A stretch of DNA of 64,000 nucleotides from NCBI GenBank assembly GCA_046964515.1, contig JBKUYM010000005.1, positions 24,021 through 88,020 of the forward strand, given 5' to 3'. The number at the start of each line of letters is the position of its first letter. Position 1 is the first letter of the stretch. This DNA comes from Clostridia bacterium. GTDB lineage: Bacteria > Bacillota > Clostridia > TANB77 > CAG-508. Below, one piece after another: positions 19,331 to 30,564 of this stretch. Position numbers and translations under genes: made by a program. Below the pieces are notes generated by a model. The model ran no database searches, was not told where the DNA came from, and saw only the letters and a program-made list of their open reading frames with translations.

Positions 19331-19846
19331 TTAAGTTTCTATCTCATTTGTCTTTACTTCATAATTATTTTTAATTTCACTTAAGACTTGTGTAATATCT
19401 GCTTGTGTATTTTCTTCTTTCTTAATTACTTTTTTCATGGTAATCTTTGTTCCCAATCCTAAAATAGATTCCACTTGCATTTCGTCCATAAAACTTTCCA
19501 TAATCGTAAATCCCATTCCTGATCTTTCTAAATTAGGTTTTGAAGTATATAACGGTTTTTTAGCCATTTCAATGTTTTCAATTCCTTTTCCTGTATCTGA
19601 AATTTCTATGGTAATCGAATTTCCCATAATTTTACTGATAATTTTGATAATGCCTTCTTTATCTTCATATCCATGAATAATACAGTTTGTAACCGCTTCT
19701 GATACTGCTGTTTTTATATCTGCTAATTCTTCAATGGTAGGATCTAGCTGTGCTGCAAAAGCTGCCACACTAATCCTAGCAAAGGCTTCATTATTGGATT
19801 TACTAACAAACTCTAATCTCATCTCATTTTCATACATACTTTTCAT
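19331..19846 (-). CDS. spoIIAB: Anti-sigma F factor SpoIIAB (serine protein kinase).
   Basis: N-terminus [29 protein letters not shown]...[11 protein letters not shown] and the G-box [11 protein letters not shown] typical of SpoIIAB/RsbW HATPase. Confidence 0.88.
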   Translation of the reverse strand: MKSMYENEMRLEFVSKSNNEAFARISVAAFAAQLDPTIEELADIKTAVSEAVTNCIIHGYEDKEGIIKIISKIMGNSITIEISDTGKGIENIEMAKKPLYTSKPNLERSGMGFTIMESFMDEMQVESILGLGTKITMKKVIKKEENTQADITQVLSEIKNNYEVKTNEIET

Positions 19847-19872
19847 TATATAAATTCCTTTCTTATCTTTAG

Positions 19873-20187
19873 TTATATGGCATCTTTAATGGGGCAAATT
19901 TTTATAACCCCACTCATTTCAAAAATTTTCTTGATACTAGGCGTAACATGTATCATCTCTAGACTTCCTCCTAACATTTTTATCATCTTATACCTTCCTA
20001 ATATCATTCCTATTCCTGCACTATCCATAAAAGTGACGCCACTAAAATCAAATATAACTTTTCTAGGCATAAATCTTGTAATTTCATTATCCGCTTTCCT
20101 CCTTATTTCTTCTGTAGTATGATGGTCAATTTCTTCTGTTATTTCCAATAAAAGAAGCTTGTCCTCTTGAATATATTTTGTATGCAA
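19873..20187 (-). CDS. spoIIAA: Anti-sigma F factor antagonist SpoIIAA (STAS domain).
   Basis: STAS motif [22 protein letters not shown] with the phosphorylatable Ser. 104 aa. Confidence 0.88.
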   Translation of the reverse strand: MHTKYIQEDKLLLLEITEEIDHHTTEEIRRKADNEITRFMPRKVIFDFSGVTFMDSAGIGMILGRYKMIKMLGGSLEMIHVTPSIKKIFEMSGVIKICPIKDAI

Positions 20188-20364
20188 GCTAAAGTCCCCC
20201 CTCTTTTTTGTTTTTTGTTATCTGTATTATAATCTTTTTTCCATTATTTTCCAATAGCGAATTTTAGGAAGTTTTATCGATTTGTGAAAAGTTTTCGACA
20301 TTCTTCTTATTTCGTAAAAAAAGAATAATCAATCCTTTAATATTGATTATTCTTCTATCTTTAT

Positions 20365-23010
20365 TTATAAATGTGTAAGCCTTTCTTTAGTTGTCTTTAA
20401 CATTTCTTCATATTTTGTTAATTTATCTTTTTCTTCTTGTATTTTAGATGCTGGCGCTTTACTTGTAAATCCAGGATTAGAAAGCATTTTTGTAGCTCTT
20501 TGTACTTCTCCTTCTAATTTTTGTACTTCTGCTTCTAACCTTTTTCTTTCTGCTTCTATATCTACTAATTCTTCAAAAGGAATGTAGATTTCCATGTGTT
20601 TGGTAATAATGGATATGGCATTTTGTGGAATCTCTTGTTTATCTTGAGCAAAAGTAATTGTATTAGCAAATCCTAATTTCATCAAAAATCCTTGTGATTG
20701 TTTAATCGCGTTTTTCAAATCCTTTGTTAGGAATATTAATGTTGATTTTTTAGAAGGATGTACATTCATATTGGTACGAATATTTCTAATACCAATAATC
20801 ATTTCTTTCATTTCTTCTACTTGTGCTTCCTCCTGTTCAAAATTTAGAGTTTCTTCAAATACAGGCCACTTGGCAATCATAATACTTTCATCATTATGAT
20901 ATAATTTACTATAAATCTCTTCTGTAATAAAAGGCATTACTGGATGTAATAATTTCAAACTATCTTTTAATACCTTATTTAATGTCCATAATGCTGCATC
21001 CTTCGTAAGACTGTTTTCTTCATATAAACGAGGTTTTACCATTTCTATATACCAATCACAAAAAGCATTCCAAATAAAGTCATATATTTTTTGTGTTGCT
21101 ACCCCTAATTCATAATGTTCTAAATTATTCGTAACTTCTTTAACAACTTGATTTAATTTAGTTAAGATCCATTTATCTTCATAGGCTAAATTTTCTGGTA
21201 CTTTTTCTGATATTAAATAATGAAGTTCTTCTTCCTCCTGTCCTAATACAAATTTAGAAGCATTCCATAGTTTATTAGCAAAATTAGATGCTGCTTCTAA
21301 CTTTTCTGGCATATAACGTATATCATTTCCTGCCGTAGTACCTAGTATTAGAGAAAATCTCAAACTATCTGTACCATATTGATCAATAATTTCTAATGGA
21401 TCGATTCCATTTCCTAAAGATTTTGACATTTTTCTACCTTGTGCATCTCTTACAATTCCATGGATAAGAACATCTTTAAAAGGCGGTTTTCCCGTATGTT
21501 CTATTCCTGAAAAAATCATTCTAGCTACCCAAAAGAAAATAATATCATAGCCTGTTACTAAAGTATTTGTTGGATAAAAATATTGGAAATCTTGCGTTTG
21601 CTCTGGCCAACCTAAAGTTGAAAATGGCCATAAAGCAGAACTAAACCAAGTATCTAATGTATCTTCATCTTGATGAATATGGTTACTTCCACATTTTGTA
21701 CATTTTGTTGGTGCTTCCTTAGCAACCATCATATTTCGGCAATCCTCACAATAATAAGCCGGTATTCTATGACCCCACCATAATTGTCTTGAGATACACC
21801 AATCCTGTATATTTTCCATCCAATTAAAATAAATTTTATCAAACCTTTCTGGAATAAACTTTACTTCTCCTGACTTAACAGCTTCTATCGCAGGCTCTGC
21901 TAACGGTTTCATTTTTACAAACCATTGCTCTGAAATATGTGGTTCAATCGTATGATGACAGCGATAACATTTTCCTACATTATGTGTATAATCTTCTATT
22001 TTTACTAAATTTCCTGTTTCTTTTAAGTCCTCTACAATCTTTTTTCTTGCCTCTAATAAATCCATTCCTTGGTATGCTGGTACTAAATTACCCATTTTGA
22101 AGTTTTCATCAAAAACTTCTATAATTTCCAATCCATGTTTTTGTGCTGCAGCATAATCATTTGGGTCATGTGCTGGTGTTAACTTAACAGCTCCTGTACC
22201 AAACTCTCTTTCTACGAATTCATCTGCAATAATTGGAATTTCTTTATTCATAATCGGTAATATGACTGTTTTCCCAATTAAATCTTGGTATCTTTCATCA
22301 TCAGGATGTACAGCAACACCAGTGTCCCCTAGCATAGTCTCTGGTCTAGTAGTAGCAACTATAATATAACGGTCTTCCTCTTTTACTTTATAACGAATAT
22401 GCCATAAATGAGTTGGTTCCTCTTCATATTCTACTTCTGCATCTGAAATAGATGTATTACAATACGGACACCAATTAATCATTCTTTTTCCTTTATAGAT
22501 TAATCCTTTTTCATATAATTTCATAAAAACATACGTAACTGCATTAGATAATCCTTCATCCATTGTAAATCTTTCACGAGACCAATCACAAGAACAACCT
22601 AATTTTTTTAATTGCTTAATAATCGTTCCACCATATTCTTTCTTCCAATCCCAAGCTCTTTCCAAAAAGCCTTCTCTTCCAATATCTTCCTTTGTAATAC
22701 CTGCTTCTTTCATTTTAGCTACAATCTTAGCTTCTGTAGCAATCGCAGCATGATCCGTTCCTGGAACCCAAAGTGCATTATAGCCTTGCATCCTTTTATA
22801 ACGAATTAAAATATCTTGAATGGTTTCATCCAAAGCATGCCCCATATGCAATTTCCCTGTAATATTAGGAGGCGGAATTACAATCGTATATGGCTCTTTT
22901 GTTCTATCTTCCGATGGTTTAAAATAACCATTATCCTCCCATTTTTTATAAATTTTATCTTCAAATTCTTTAGGTTCATACTTTCCCTCTAATTTATGTT
23001 TCTCACACAT
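20365..23010 (-). CDS. valS: Valyl-tRNA synthetase. Start at MCEKHKLEG; the ORF-track 5' extension is translated repeat and leader.
   Basis: HIGH motif PPPNITGKLHMGHAL and KMSKS motif. Editing domain. C-terminal coiled coil. RBS AGGAGGAAAAGGAT precedes ATG 23008-23010. Confidence 0.95.
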   Translation of the reverse strand: MCEKHKLEGKYEPKEFEDKIYKKWEDNGYFKPSEDRTKEPYTIVIPPPNITGKLHMGHALDETIQDILIRYKRMQGYNALWVPGTDHAAIATEAKIVAKMKEAGITKEDIGREGFLERAWDWKKEYGGTIIKQLKKLGCSCDWSRERFTMDEGLSNAVTYVFMKLYEKGLIYKGKRMINWCPYCNTSISDAEVEYEEEPTHLWHIRYKVKEEDRYIIVATTRPETMLGDTGVAVHPDDERYQDLIGKTVILPIMNKEIPIIADEFVEREFGTGAVKLTPAHDPNDYAAAQKHGLEIIEVFDENFKMGNLVPAYQGMDLLEARKKIVEDLKETGNLVKIEDYTHNVGKCYRCHHTIEPHISEQWFVKMKPLAEPAIEAVKSGEVKFIPERFDKIYFNWMENIQDWCISRQLWWGHRIPAYYCEDCRNMMVAKEAPTKCTKCGSNHIHQDEDTLDTWFSSALWPFSTLGWPEQTQDFQYFYPTNTLVTGYDIIFFWVARMIFSGIEHTGKPPFKDVLIHGIVRDAQGRKMSKSLGNGIDPLEIIDQYGTDSLRFSLILGTTAGNDIRYMPEKLEAASNFANKLWNASKFVLGQEEEELHYLISEKVPENLAYEDKWILTKLNQVVKEVTNNLEHYELGVATQKIYDFIWNAFCDWYIEMVKPRLYEENSLTKDAALWTLNKVLKDSLKLLHPVMPFITEEIYSKLYHNDESIMIAKWPVFEETLNFEQEEAQVEEMKEMIIGIRNIRTNMNVHPSKKSTLIFLTKDLKNAIKQSQGFLMKLGFANTITFAQDKQEIPQNAISIITKHMEIYIPFEELVDIEAERKRLEAEVQKLEGEVQRATKMLSNPGFTSKAPASKIQEEKDKLTKYEEMLKTTKERLTHL

Positions 23011-23028
23011 ATCCTTTTCCTCCTTTTT

Positions 23029-23080
23029 TGTCCTTTGGGGACGTTGATTAATGGACAAAAGTGTCCATTGGGGACACTGA
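23029..23080. repeat. Dispersed palindromic intergenic repeat, copy 3, between the valS T-box terminator and the valS RBS.
   Basis: TGTCCTTTGGGGACGTTGATTAATGGACAAAAGTGTCCATTGGGGACACTGA. Confidence 0.85.
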
Positions 23081-23084
23081 TTAT

Positions 23085-23340
23085 CTTTTTGTCTATTGCA
23101 GACCATCAAAAAAAGCCTTTCCCTATTGTAAGGGCAAGACTTCTATTTCTCACGGTACCACCTTAATACGATAAATAAAAAAATTATTTATCCTTAACTT
23201 GCTTGTTAACGTTAGCGAAACGAGTATAACTACTAATCTTTCATTATACCAACTCCAAAGCTACCTTCCATTTTCTTTCCTATTAGAAGTTCTCAGCAGG
23301 TTACTTCTATTCTCTGTGATAGTAAGTTAAAATGTACTCC
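23085..23340 (-). promoter_or_regulatory. T-box riboswitch leader upstream of valS.
   Basis: Minus-strand read UUAAGGUGGUACCGUGAG (T-box motif) at + strand 23149-23166, followed by a stem and a U7 run at about 23105-23140. Upstream stem I region has GA-rich AGAGAAUAGAAG. Specifier codon not resolved by eye. Confidence 0.55.
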
Positions 23341-23467
23341 TCTTTTTCTTTGTTTTTCTATTATGTTTTCTATATTAGCATATTTTATTCATTTTTGCAA
23401 GATATTGTTCATTTTTCTTATAAAAATTTATAGTGCAGGGGCATTGCACCCCCACACTTTTGTAACT

Positions 23468-23824
23468 TTATACATATTGTTGCAGTCGATACTTTCCAAG
23501 AAAACTCTTATACAGTGTTCCATTCTCATCATCTCTGATAAAATTTTTTCTTTTTATTTCTTTGTCTGTAGAATTCACGTAATATCTGCTCATTTCGCCC
23601 TTCTTTGCGTTAAATATCAGTCCATTCTGTATGTACATAACCGAATACTGTAGTAAAACTACTGTACAATATTCTTCTTGACCTGCATAGCTGATTCTTA
23701 CATAATATGCCGTTTGTTGATTTTTATCTAATTCTATTTTATCTTTAGATAAAACTTCAAAACTAGCATCTGCATCTAAAACTGTCCGTAAAAATCTCCT
23801 TACTTTTGCATCTTTTTTATGCAT
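23468..23824 (-). CDS. Hypothetical protein (118 aa).
   Basis: ORF only. Contains one of the two in-frame CGG (Arg) codons of the window that is not a frameshift junction. Confidence 0.3.
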   Translation of the reverse strand: MHKKDAKVRRFLRTVLDADASFEVLSKDKIELDKNQQTAYYVRISYAGQEEYCTVVLLQYSVMYIQNGLIFNAKKGEMSRYYVNSTDKEIKRKNFIRDDENGTLYKSFLGKYRLQQYV

Positions 23825-23966
23825 AGACTACCTCCTTTTTGGTATAGTTACTTTCTACGAGTTGCATTATGTTAATAATAGCATGTTTTGTCGTATTTTG
23901 TCAATTTATTATATTCCTAAAATAAAGAACAGCTTAAGATCTGTTCTTTATGACGGTTTATTTTCT

Positions 23967-24161
23967 TTATCTTTTTAAAAAAAAGAATATTAATAGAACT
24001 CCAATCATGGAAATAATAAATCCGACTATTTTAATCCATTTAGCACCTTCATTTTGATCACCAAAACTAAACCATTTTTTCGTCATGTTGCGAGCACTAT
24101 ATAACATCGTAACCCCTACCGCTGCCATAATAAATCCTATTATTGTTAATGTGATTTCCAT
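23967..24161 (-). CDS. Small two-helix membrane protein (64 aa), hypothetical.
   Basis: Two hydrophobic segments. ORF only. Confidence 0.3.
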   Translation of the reverse strand: MEITLTIIGFIMAAVGVTMLYSARNMTKKWFSFGDQNEGAKWIKIVGFIISMIGVLLIFFFLKR

Positions 24162-24178
24162 TTGTTTAACATCCTCTC

Positions 24179-25048
24179 TTAAAAGAATTCTACTGTATAT
24201 TTACATTCAAATTCTTGTTTTGGTGGAAGCAAAATAATGTCTCCCTTTTGTCTGAACACACCTGATGCGTTAACCGTATCTGCTGTTGTCTTCCATGGTT
24301 CTATGCAAATAAATGGTGCATTTGGTTTTGACCAAATTGCTAAATAAGGAAAACCTGTATAATCCATTGTTAACACAGTTTTATCTGGATTTTTAGTTTT
24401 TAAGCTAATCTTTGTAGATTTTAAGCCCTTCATAATAACAGCATCATTATCAAAAATGTGTGGCTTAATGGTAATTCTTTTTTTATCATCCATAATATTT
24501 TTAGCATATTCTGTTCCTACTAATCCATCTACTAAATATAAAAAGTGAATTTTTTCTTCCTCTTCTTCAAATTCCAGATAATAATTTTCCTTTTGTAACG
24601 CCTCTAAATTAATTTGAAATGCAGGATGACCTCCTATACCAAAAGGCATATCCACATCTCCATCATTTACCACTTTATAGATAGTTGTTAATTTATTTTC
24701 ATCTAAGCGATAAGTAACAAATAAAGAAAATTCATAGGGAAATTTATCCATTAATTTTTTATTACTCTTTAATACATAGGAATGAAAATTGTCTAGTTTT
24801 GTAATTGGCTCAAATTCCATATCTCTTGCAAATCCATGTTGTGGCATTTCATAAGTTTTTCCATTAATAATGGTTTGATTTTTTTTAGATTTTCCTACTG
24901 TTGGAAATAGAACTGGCCAATGTCTTTTCCAATAGATTCTTCCATTACTATCTATGCAATCTTGTCCTTGGTGTATTTTTTCTTCTCCATCTAATTTAAA
25001 ACTGATTAGTTCAGCACCTATCTTCGAAGTTAGTATTTGTGTGTGCAT
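24179..25048 (-). CDS. Aldose 1-epimerase (galactose mutarotase-like, LacX/YihR-type) family protein.
   Basis: Signature YWKRHWPVLFPTVG ... HGFARDMEF ... GIGGHPAF typical of the aldose epimerase superfamily. Confidence 0.6.
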   Translation of the reverse strand: MHTQILTSKIGAELISFKLDGEEKIHQGQDCIDSNGRIYWKRHWPVLFPTVGKSKKNQTIINGKTYEMPQHGFARDMEFEPITKLDNFHSYVLKSNKKLMDKFPYEFSLFVTYRLDENKLTTIYKVVNDGDVDMPFGIGGHPAFQINLEALQKENYYLEFEEEEEKIHFLYLVDGLVGTEYAKNIMDDKKRITIKPHIFDNDAVIMKGLKSTKISLKTKNPDKTVLTMDYTGFPYLAIWSKPNAPFICIEPWKTTADTVNASGVFRQKGDIILLPPKQEFECKYTVEFF

Positions 25049-25134
25049 AAATAACGACTCCTTTTACTTCTATTTTTGTACATCTTGTTTTTCTTTTCTA
25101 TCATATTGTTTTTTTATGTAAATGTCAAGTTTTT

Positions 25135-26253
25135 TCATCCTATTTCTGCTTCTTCCACATACATTTTTTCTTCTGTTTGTTCTATTATTTGTGCTTTTCT
25201 ATCTTGAAATGCTTTTTCTATCCACTCTATGGATTCGATTTCTTCTCTATCTGCTCTCTGTATTGCTCTATGCTTTTTTACATCCAACCATCTAGCATAA
25301 TATTCTATGGGATCTGTTTTTTCTAATTCTTGTAATTTTTGCATTAATTGATAGATTGATTTTGCTTTTATATCCGCGTTCATATCTTTTTCTACTATTT
25401 CTCTTGGAAAATAAATACCGGCTTGTGTACTAATAATGGACTCTTTCAAAACAGACTTTAATGTCTCTTCTAATTCCTCATCCTTTACTTGATCTTGGTA
25501 TACCCCTTTTGTATTATTTAGGACAACAAATCGAAAAAACTGTTTATATACTGCCTTTGTTCTTTGCATTAATATATTAGCTTGTCTAGCTTTATTGACT
25601 TTATACAAATGCGTACTTGCATATTGCATATATTTTTCTTGAAATAATTTTTGAAATTCTATATACATCATCGCTTGTAAAACAGTTCTTTGTCTTGGCA
25701 TTTCATTATATAAATATGTTTTTATTCCCTCTTGCAATTTTCGTCTATCTCTTACTAGCTTTTGCTTTTTTTCATAGCTTTTTTTATCATTTCTTTCTAA
25801 TTCTTTTACTTCTCTTAATTCTTCATAGATTTCTTTAACCCAACTTTGGCCACTATCTTCTTTTTTTCTATTGCCACTTTTCTGTCCATCCACTTTTTTT
25901 ACGTATTCTGGGTTATAACTAATTGTCTGCTCTGTTATATGTATCATGGGATTTTCTTGTGACATGGTTAATTCTTTTAAAGTTCCCCATACGGCTTCAT
26001 TTACAGCTGCTCTTTCTGTAAGTTCTCCCGTACTTGAAGGATTATTTAAAACAACGAATCTATAAAATTGCTTATAAATATTTTTAGCACCTCTAACCCA
26101 AATTTGTATTTTTTGTTCAGCTTGTTTGTCTCCTTTTTCTATATACATTTTTTCTCCAAATAATTTTTTGAATTCAAAATATAAAATGCCTTCTAAAACA
26201 CTCTTTTCATCCTCTATCCCATAATAGAAAAATCTTTCAAAATTCTTACCCAT
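25135..26253 (-). CDS. Hypothetical protein composed of two tandem copies of a roughly 170-aa uncharacterised domain.
   Basis: Internal duplication: YFEFKKLFGEK...KNIYKQFYRFVVLNNPSSTGELTE aligns with YIEFQKLFQEK...KAVYKQFFRFVVLNNTKGVYQDQ. Confidence 0.45.
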   Translation of the reverse strand: MGKNFERFFYYGIEDEKSVLEGILYFEFKKLFGEKMYIEKGDKQAEQKIQIWVRGAKNIYKQFYRFVVLNNPSSTGELTERAAVNEAVWGTLKELTMSQENPMIHITEQTISYNPEYVKKVDGQKSGNRKKEDSGQSWVKEIYEELREVKELERNDKKSYEKKQKLVRDRRKLQEGIKTYLYNEMPRQRTVLQAMMYIEFQKLFQEKYMQYASTHLYKVNKARQANILMQRTKAVYKQFFRFVVLNNTKGVYQDQVKDEELEETLKSVLKESIISTQAGIYFPREIVEKDMNADIKAKSIYQLMQKLQELEKTDPIEYYARWLDVKKHRAIQRADREEIESIEWIEKAFQDRKAQIIEQTEEKMYVEEAEIG

Positions 26254-26306
26254 TTTTTCTCACTTATTCTTTCTATTAATTTTTTATATTTACCTTCTTC
26301 CGTGTT

Positions 26307-28356
26307 TTATAATTCAATCATTCCCTTTTGAAATTTCTTCTGTATTAATCCTTTTAACCTATAATTCTTCTCTAATAACATCTTAGGATCTTCTTGTTCT
26401 ATTTGTATCGCCAAAGCTTGTACCTGTTTTAAAATAGGCATATCTTCAAATAAGTTAGCAATTTTAAACTCTGGAAGTCCATGTTGTTTGGTTCCAAAAA
26501 ATTCTCCAGTTCCTCTTAATTCCAAATCCTTTTGCGCTATTACAAAACCATCATTTGTACTTTGCATAATTTTCATTCTCTGTCTTACAACTTCTGAACG
26601 ACTATCATATTTTAAAATACAATAAGATTGATAAGCACCTCTTCCTACACGTCCTCTTAATTGATGAAGCTGTGCTAAACCGAATCTCTCTGCATTTTCT
26701 ACTACCATGATACTAGCATTTGGAACATTAACCCCTACTTCTATAACTGTAGTAGAAACTAATATATCCATATTTCCTTCTTTAAATTGTTTCATAATTT
26801 CGTCTTTTTCTTTTGGTCTCATCTTTCCATGCAAAAAAGCAACCTTATATTCTCTAAAAATTTCTCTTTCATATTTTTGTGCTAATTCCATAACTGCTTT
26901 TGCATTAATTTCTTCGGTTTCTTCCACTAATGGACATACGACATATACTTGTCTTCCTTCTTCTATTTGTTTTTTAATAAAATCATTAACTCTATTTTCC
27001 ATGGATTTGTTAACCGCAAATGTATCTATCTTCTTTCTATTAGGCGGTAATTCATCAATAATTGAAATATCTAAATCTCCATATAAAATTAGTGCTAAAG
27101 TTCTTGGAATAGGTGTAGCCGTCATAACTAACACATCTGGATTTTCTCCCTTAGCAATCATATTTCCTCTTTGTTTTACACCAAAACGATGTTGTTCATC
27201 TGTTACTACCAAACCTAATTTCTTAAAAACTACATTTTCTTCTAATAAAGCATGTGTACCAATTAAAATGTCAATTTCTCCATTTTGTAGTTTTTCTAAA
27301 ATCTCTTCTTTCTTCTTTTTGGTAATACTACCAATTAATAATCCACATTTGATGTTCCATTTTGATAAAATAGCTTCAAAGCTTTCTAAATGTTGCGTAG
27401 CTAAAATAGCTGTTGGTGCCATAATTGCCACCTGATAGCCACATTTTACGGCTTTATAACTTGCCACTATGGATACCACTGTTTTTCCGTGAGCCAACAT
27501 CACCTTGTAATAAACGATTCATTGGCTTTTCTTGTTCCATATCCTCGTCAATTTCCTCTAATACTTTTAGTTGTGCTTTTGTCAAATGAAAAGGTAATTC
27601 ATTAATGACATCTGACATTTTTACGACTTTATCATAAGCAATTCCTGTTTCTTCTACGGTTTCATTTTTTAGACTCATTAAGGCTAATTGCATAGATAAT
27701 AATTCTTCAAATACTAGTCGCTTTCTAGCCTTTTCAAATTCCGAAAAATCTTGTGGAAAGTGAATTTTGTAGGTAGCCTGGTTAATTTCCTCTAATTGAT
27801 AGGTTTTTTTTATGTATTCTGGCAATGTTTCTGGTAACTTTCCATGTATTATTTCCAAACCGTTTTCGATAATTTTACGTATTGTATTTTGTGATAATTG
27901 ATAAGTTAATGGATAAATCGGAATAATCTTTCCTGTGTTTTTTGAAGTATTTTTGTCATCAAATACAGGAGAATTCATTTCTATTTTTCCATATTTCACA
28001 GAAACTTTCCCATAAAATTTATAGGTTTTACCTATTTCAAATCGATTTTTTAAATAACTTTGGTTAAACCAAGTAATCTGACAAGTACCAGATTCATCAC
28101 GTACTACCAATTTATAAATAGCCATACTCTTTCGAATTCTTGCTTCACTAATTCTAGAAACAGCAATCGCTTCAATAAGTGCTTCTTCCCCTTCTTCTAA
28201 CTCTGCAATTAGCTTTGGCTTTCCTCTATCTTCGTATTGTCTTGGATAATAGGTAATTAAATCCTCTAATGTAGCAATTCCTAGCTTATTTAATAGTTTT
28301 GCTCTAGTTGGACCTACCCCTTTAATATATTGTACTTCTTTTTTTAACTCTTGCAT
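26307..28356 (-). CDS. recG: ATP-dependent DNA helicase RecG, interrupted by a +1 frameshift inside the Walker A motif near 27488. ORF-track fragments are 27454..28356 and 26307..27503.
   Basis: N-terminal wedge domain. N-terminal fragment ends ...LLQGDVGS RKNSGIHSGKL*. Deleting one C of TCA CGG AAA gives LLQGDVGSGKTVVSIVASY (canonical GDVGSGKT), continuous with the C-terminal fragment HGKTVVSIV.... Confidence 0.88.
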
Positions 28357-28845
28357 TTTTTCTCCTTCCTTGTTATTCGAAAGTAAAATGCTTTTTTACG
28401 TTTTTATTCTAACATGTTTTTTTTAAAATGCAAAGATGATTTTGTATTTTTATTTATAAAATAGGTAAATATTTTTATTCTTTATATTTTTCCCATGGCT
28501 ATTTCATAAAATATTACAATTTTGTAATATTTTATGAAATTCCCCTGACGTAAAGCCTTTTATGTTCTAATAATCTAACTTTTTGTATAATTATCCACCA
28601 GTGTAACTCAATGTCAGCAACTTTTAAAAAAATAGTGTAATTATCAATTAAAATAATTACACTATTTTTAGTTATAATAATAATCTCTGAAAAAAGACCA
28701 CAAAATTCTTATACAACCATGTACCCTTTTTTAAAAACTTGTTTTATAATTAATTCAATTCATATCTTCTCTAACCTATTCTTTATTTTGTTTTATTTAA
28801 GTCTTATTTAGTTTATTATTATCCTATATAAAGAATTTTAAAGTG

Positions 28846-30564
28846 CTAAGATACGGCCAACACTGTGTGAAACCCATTATCGTAAGTGCTATCGCCATTA
28901 ACACGACCGAAAGAAAACAAGCCGGCACTTGAACCGTCCCATAAACCTCCACCGCGAACCGAGAACGGAGCGTTCAAACCTGAGTAATACGAGTAGTCTC
29001 CATACCAACTAGTGTTTCTGGTTCCGTCCGTTGAAATCTCATGGATACCATCACCATAGATTAATGTATTCTTCTTATAGTTATTAGCACTTGCTGTGTT
29101 TAAGTTTGTATCATTATTTGCTATACTTGTATTATCTGTAGTGCTATCAAAAGGATAAATTGTTGTATACTTAGTACTGATTGTTTTTAAATCGTTTCCA
29201 TCATAGGCTATACTTAATCCATAAGTCTTCAATTCTCCACGACTGTTTGCTACATAAGCAGCTGTTCTTTCCCATGTTCCTCCACTTAAGTCATAGATTC
29301 CATAAATGGTTCCTGATGAACTAACCTTTGTTCCATTAACTTGATTCCATGTATAGACACCATCTGCTGCTGTATTGGCGGTTGTTTTATTAATATTAGC
29401 TATTGTCGTTGATTTTTCTCCTGCGCTTGTAGAAGCTGTTGTACATCCTGTTATATCATAAACACTATCTACACCTGACTTTCCTGCTGTGGCAGTTCTT
29501 GTTGCTCCTCCACTATTTAGATTAATATTATTAATTGCAATATCTGTTCCATTTAATCCATATTTACTTTGACTTAAGTATGCTACTGCACCCCATTCAC
29601 TATTTTTCATTAGGTGAGAATCTGTACTTTCTGATAGTCCATATATATTTCCACTCTCTGTCATAGCCTTGGCTATATTATAAGCATCGTTATGATTGAT
29701 ATAATTCATGCTATACGTGGTTCCTTGGAACGTTGGATATTTTATAGCTGTTTTTGTACTTCCATATATTCCATCTAACCAGTTACGGGCAGATTCGTTT
29801 CCGTCGGCGCTTTGTCCTCTCTCTACGGCTCTTACCCAGGAAGTACTTTGTGAATAGCTGACACTACTTGCCTTGACTGGCGCATTATTATTTCCACTAG
29901 CATAACCTGCTTCAAATTTGGTCACCCATATACCCGTTAACTCTTTATCCCAGCCTCCATTTCTATAATTAATCGCTGTTTCATCTGTAAAAGCTGGGTG
30001 CACCGTATATCCTATTGTTGTATCTACATTTTCATCTACACTGTTACATCTTTTTGCTGTTTGTATTTGTCCATTTTCATCACAATAATTATCCGTTGTT
30101 CCTATTAAAAACTTTATATCAAAGGTTTGATTATCGTTTACTTTATACGCATATCTGGGTATCCATACCCACATACTTCCGTCTTCTGTTTGACTATTCG
30201 CCCACTTTTTACTATTATAATCATACCATTCTATATCATTTTCGCTACTGTCTTGTACTTCTCCTTTGGCACTTTCACTTGGATTTGTAAATTTGATAGC
30301 TTTCATTCCTGTTGCTAATCGTGGCTTATTAACTCCCTTTTCTGTTATATACGTTTTTCCAGTTGCTTCATCTATTTGTTGTTCTAAACTAGCTAATCCT
30401 CCTGCTTCTTCTTTTTGCCCTTGTGCGGTTTCATTTTTCGCTCTTTGTGCTTGCGTTATAATACCGTTTTCTCCTACTAACATATTAATCGTTACACCAG
30501 CTAAAATGATTAATACAATAATCGTAATGACTAAAGCTATTAACGTAATTCCTCTTTGTTTCAT
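28846..30564 (-). CDS. Membrane-anchored protein with a prepilin-like N-terminus (MKQRGITLIALV..., Glu5 replaced by Ala) and a divergent C-terminal FGE-sulfatase (SUMF1-like) domain.
   Basis: N-terminus MKQRGITLIALVITIIVLIILAG. Shares FVWIP and GxW-EWT...RGGxW motifs (GGTWERTAAY ... VRGGGLWD) with the 50495..51667 protein. The 3' 200 nt are markedly GC-richer than the genome. Confidence 0.45.
   Translation of the reverse strand: MKQRGITLIALVITIIVLIILAGVTINMLVGENGIITQAQRAKNETAQGQKEEAGGLASLEQQIDEATGKTYITEKGVNKPRLATGMKAIKFTNPSESAKGEVQDSSENDIEWYDYNSKKWANSQTEDGSMWVWIPRYAYKVNDNQTFDIKFLIGTTDNYCDENGQIQTAKRCNSVDENVDTTIGYTVHPAFTDETAINYRNGGWDKELTGIWVTKFEAGYASGNNNAPVKASSVSYSQSTSWVRAVERGQSADGNESARNWLDGIYGSTKTAIKYPTFQGTTYSMNYINHNDAYNIAKAMTESGNIYGLSESTDSHLMKNSEWGAVAYLSQSKYGLNGTDIAINNINLNSGGATRTATAGKSGVDSVYDITGCTTASTSAGEKSTTIANINKTTANTAADGVYTWNQVNGTKVSSSGTIYGIYDLSGGTWERTAAYVANSRGELKTYGLSIAYDGNDLKTISTKYTTIYPFDSTTDNTSIANNDTNLNTASANNYKKNTLIYGDGIHEISTDGTRNTSWYGDYSYYSGLNAPFSVRGGGLWDGSSAGLFSFGRVNGDSTYDNGFHTVLAVS

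Noticed and set aside
23786-23788. In-frame CGG codons at 23786-23788 and 43994-43996 as additional frameshift sites.
   Set aside because: Skipping the C leads to a stop within two codons, and the unshifted frames give plausible continuous proteins. I treated them as ordinary rare Arg codons, though they bear on the recoding hypothesis.
26707-27435. 242-aa plus-strand ORF inside recG, and similar antisense ORFs (1156..1593, 17050..17247, 61530..61757, 63557..63901, 58761..59114).
   Set aside because: They are antisense to well-supported genes, have low-complexity Cys/Phe/Ile/Ser composition typical of AT-rich antisense frames, and have no RBS.
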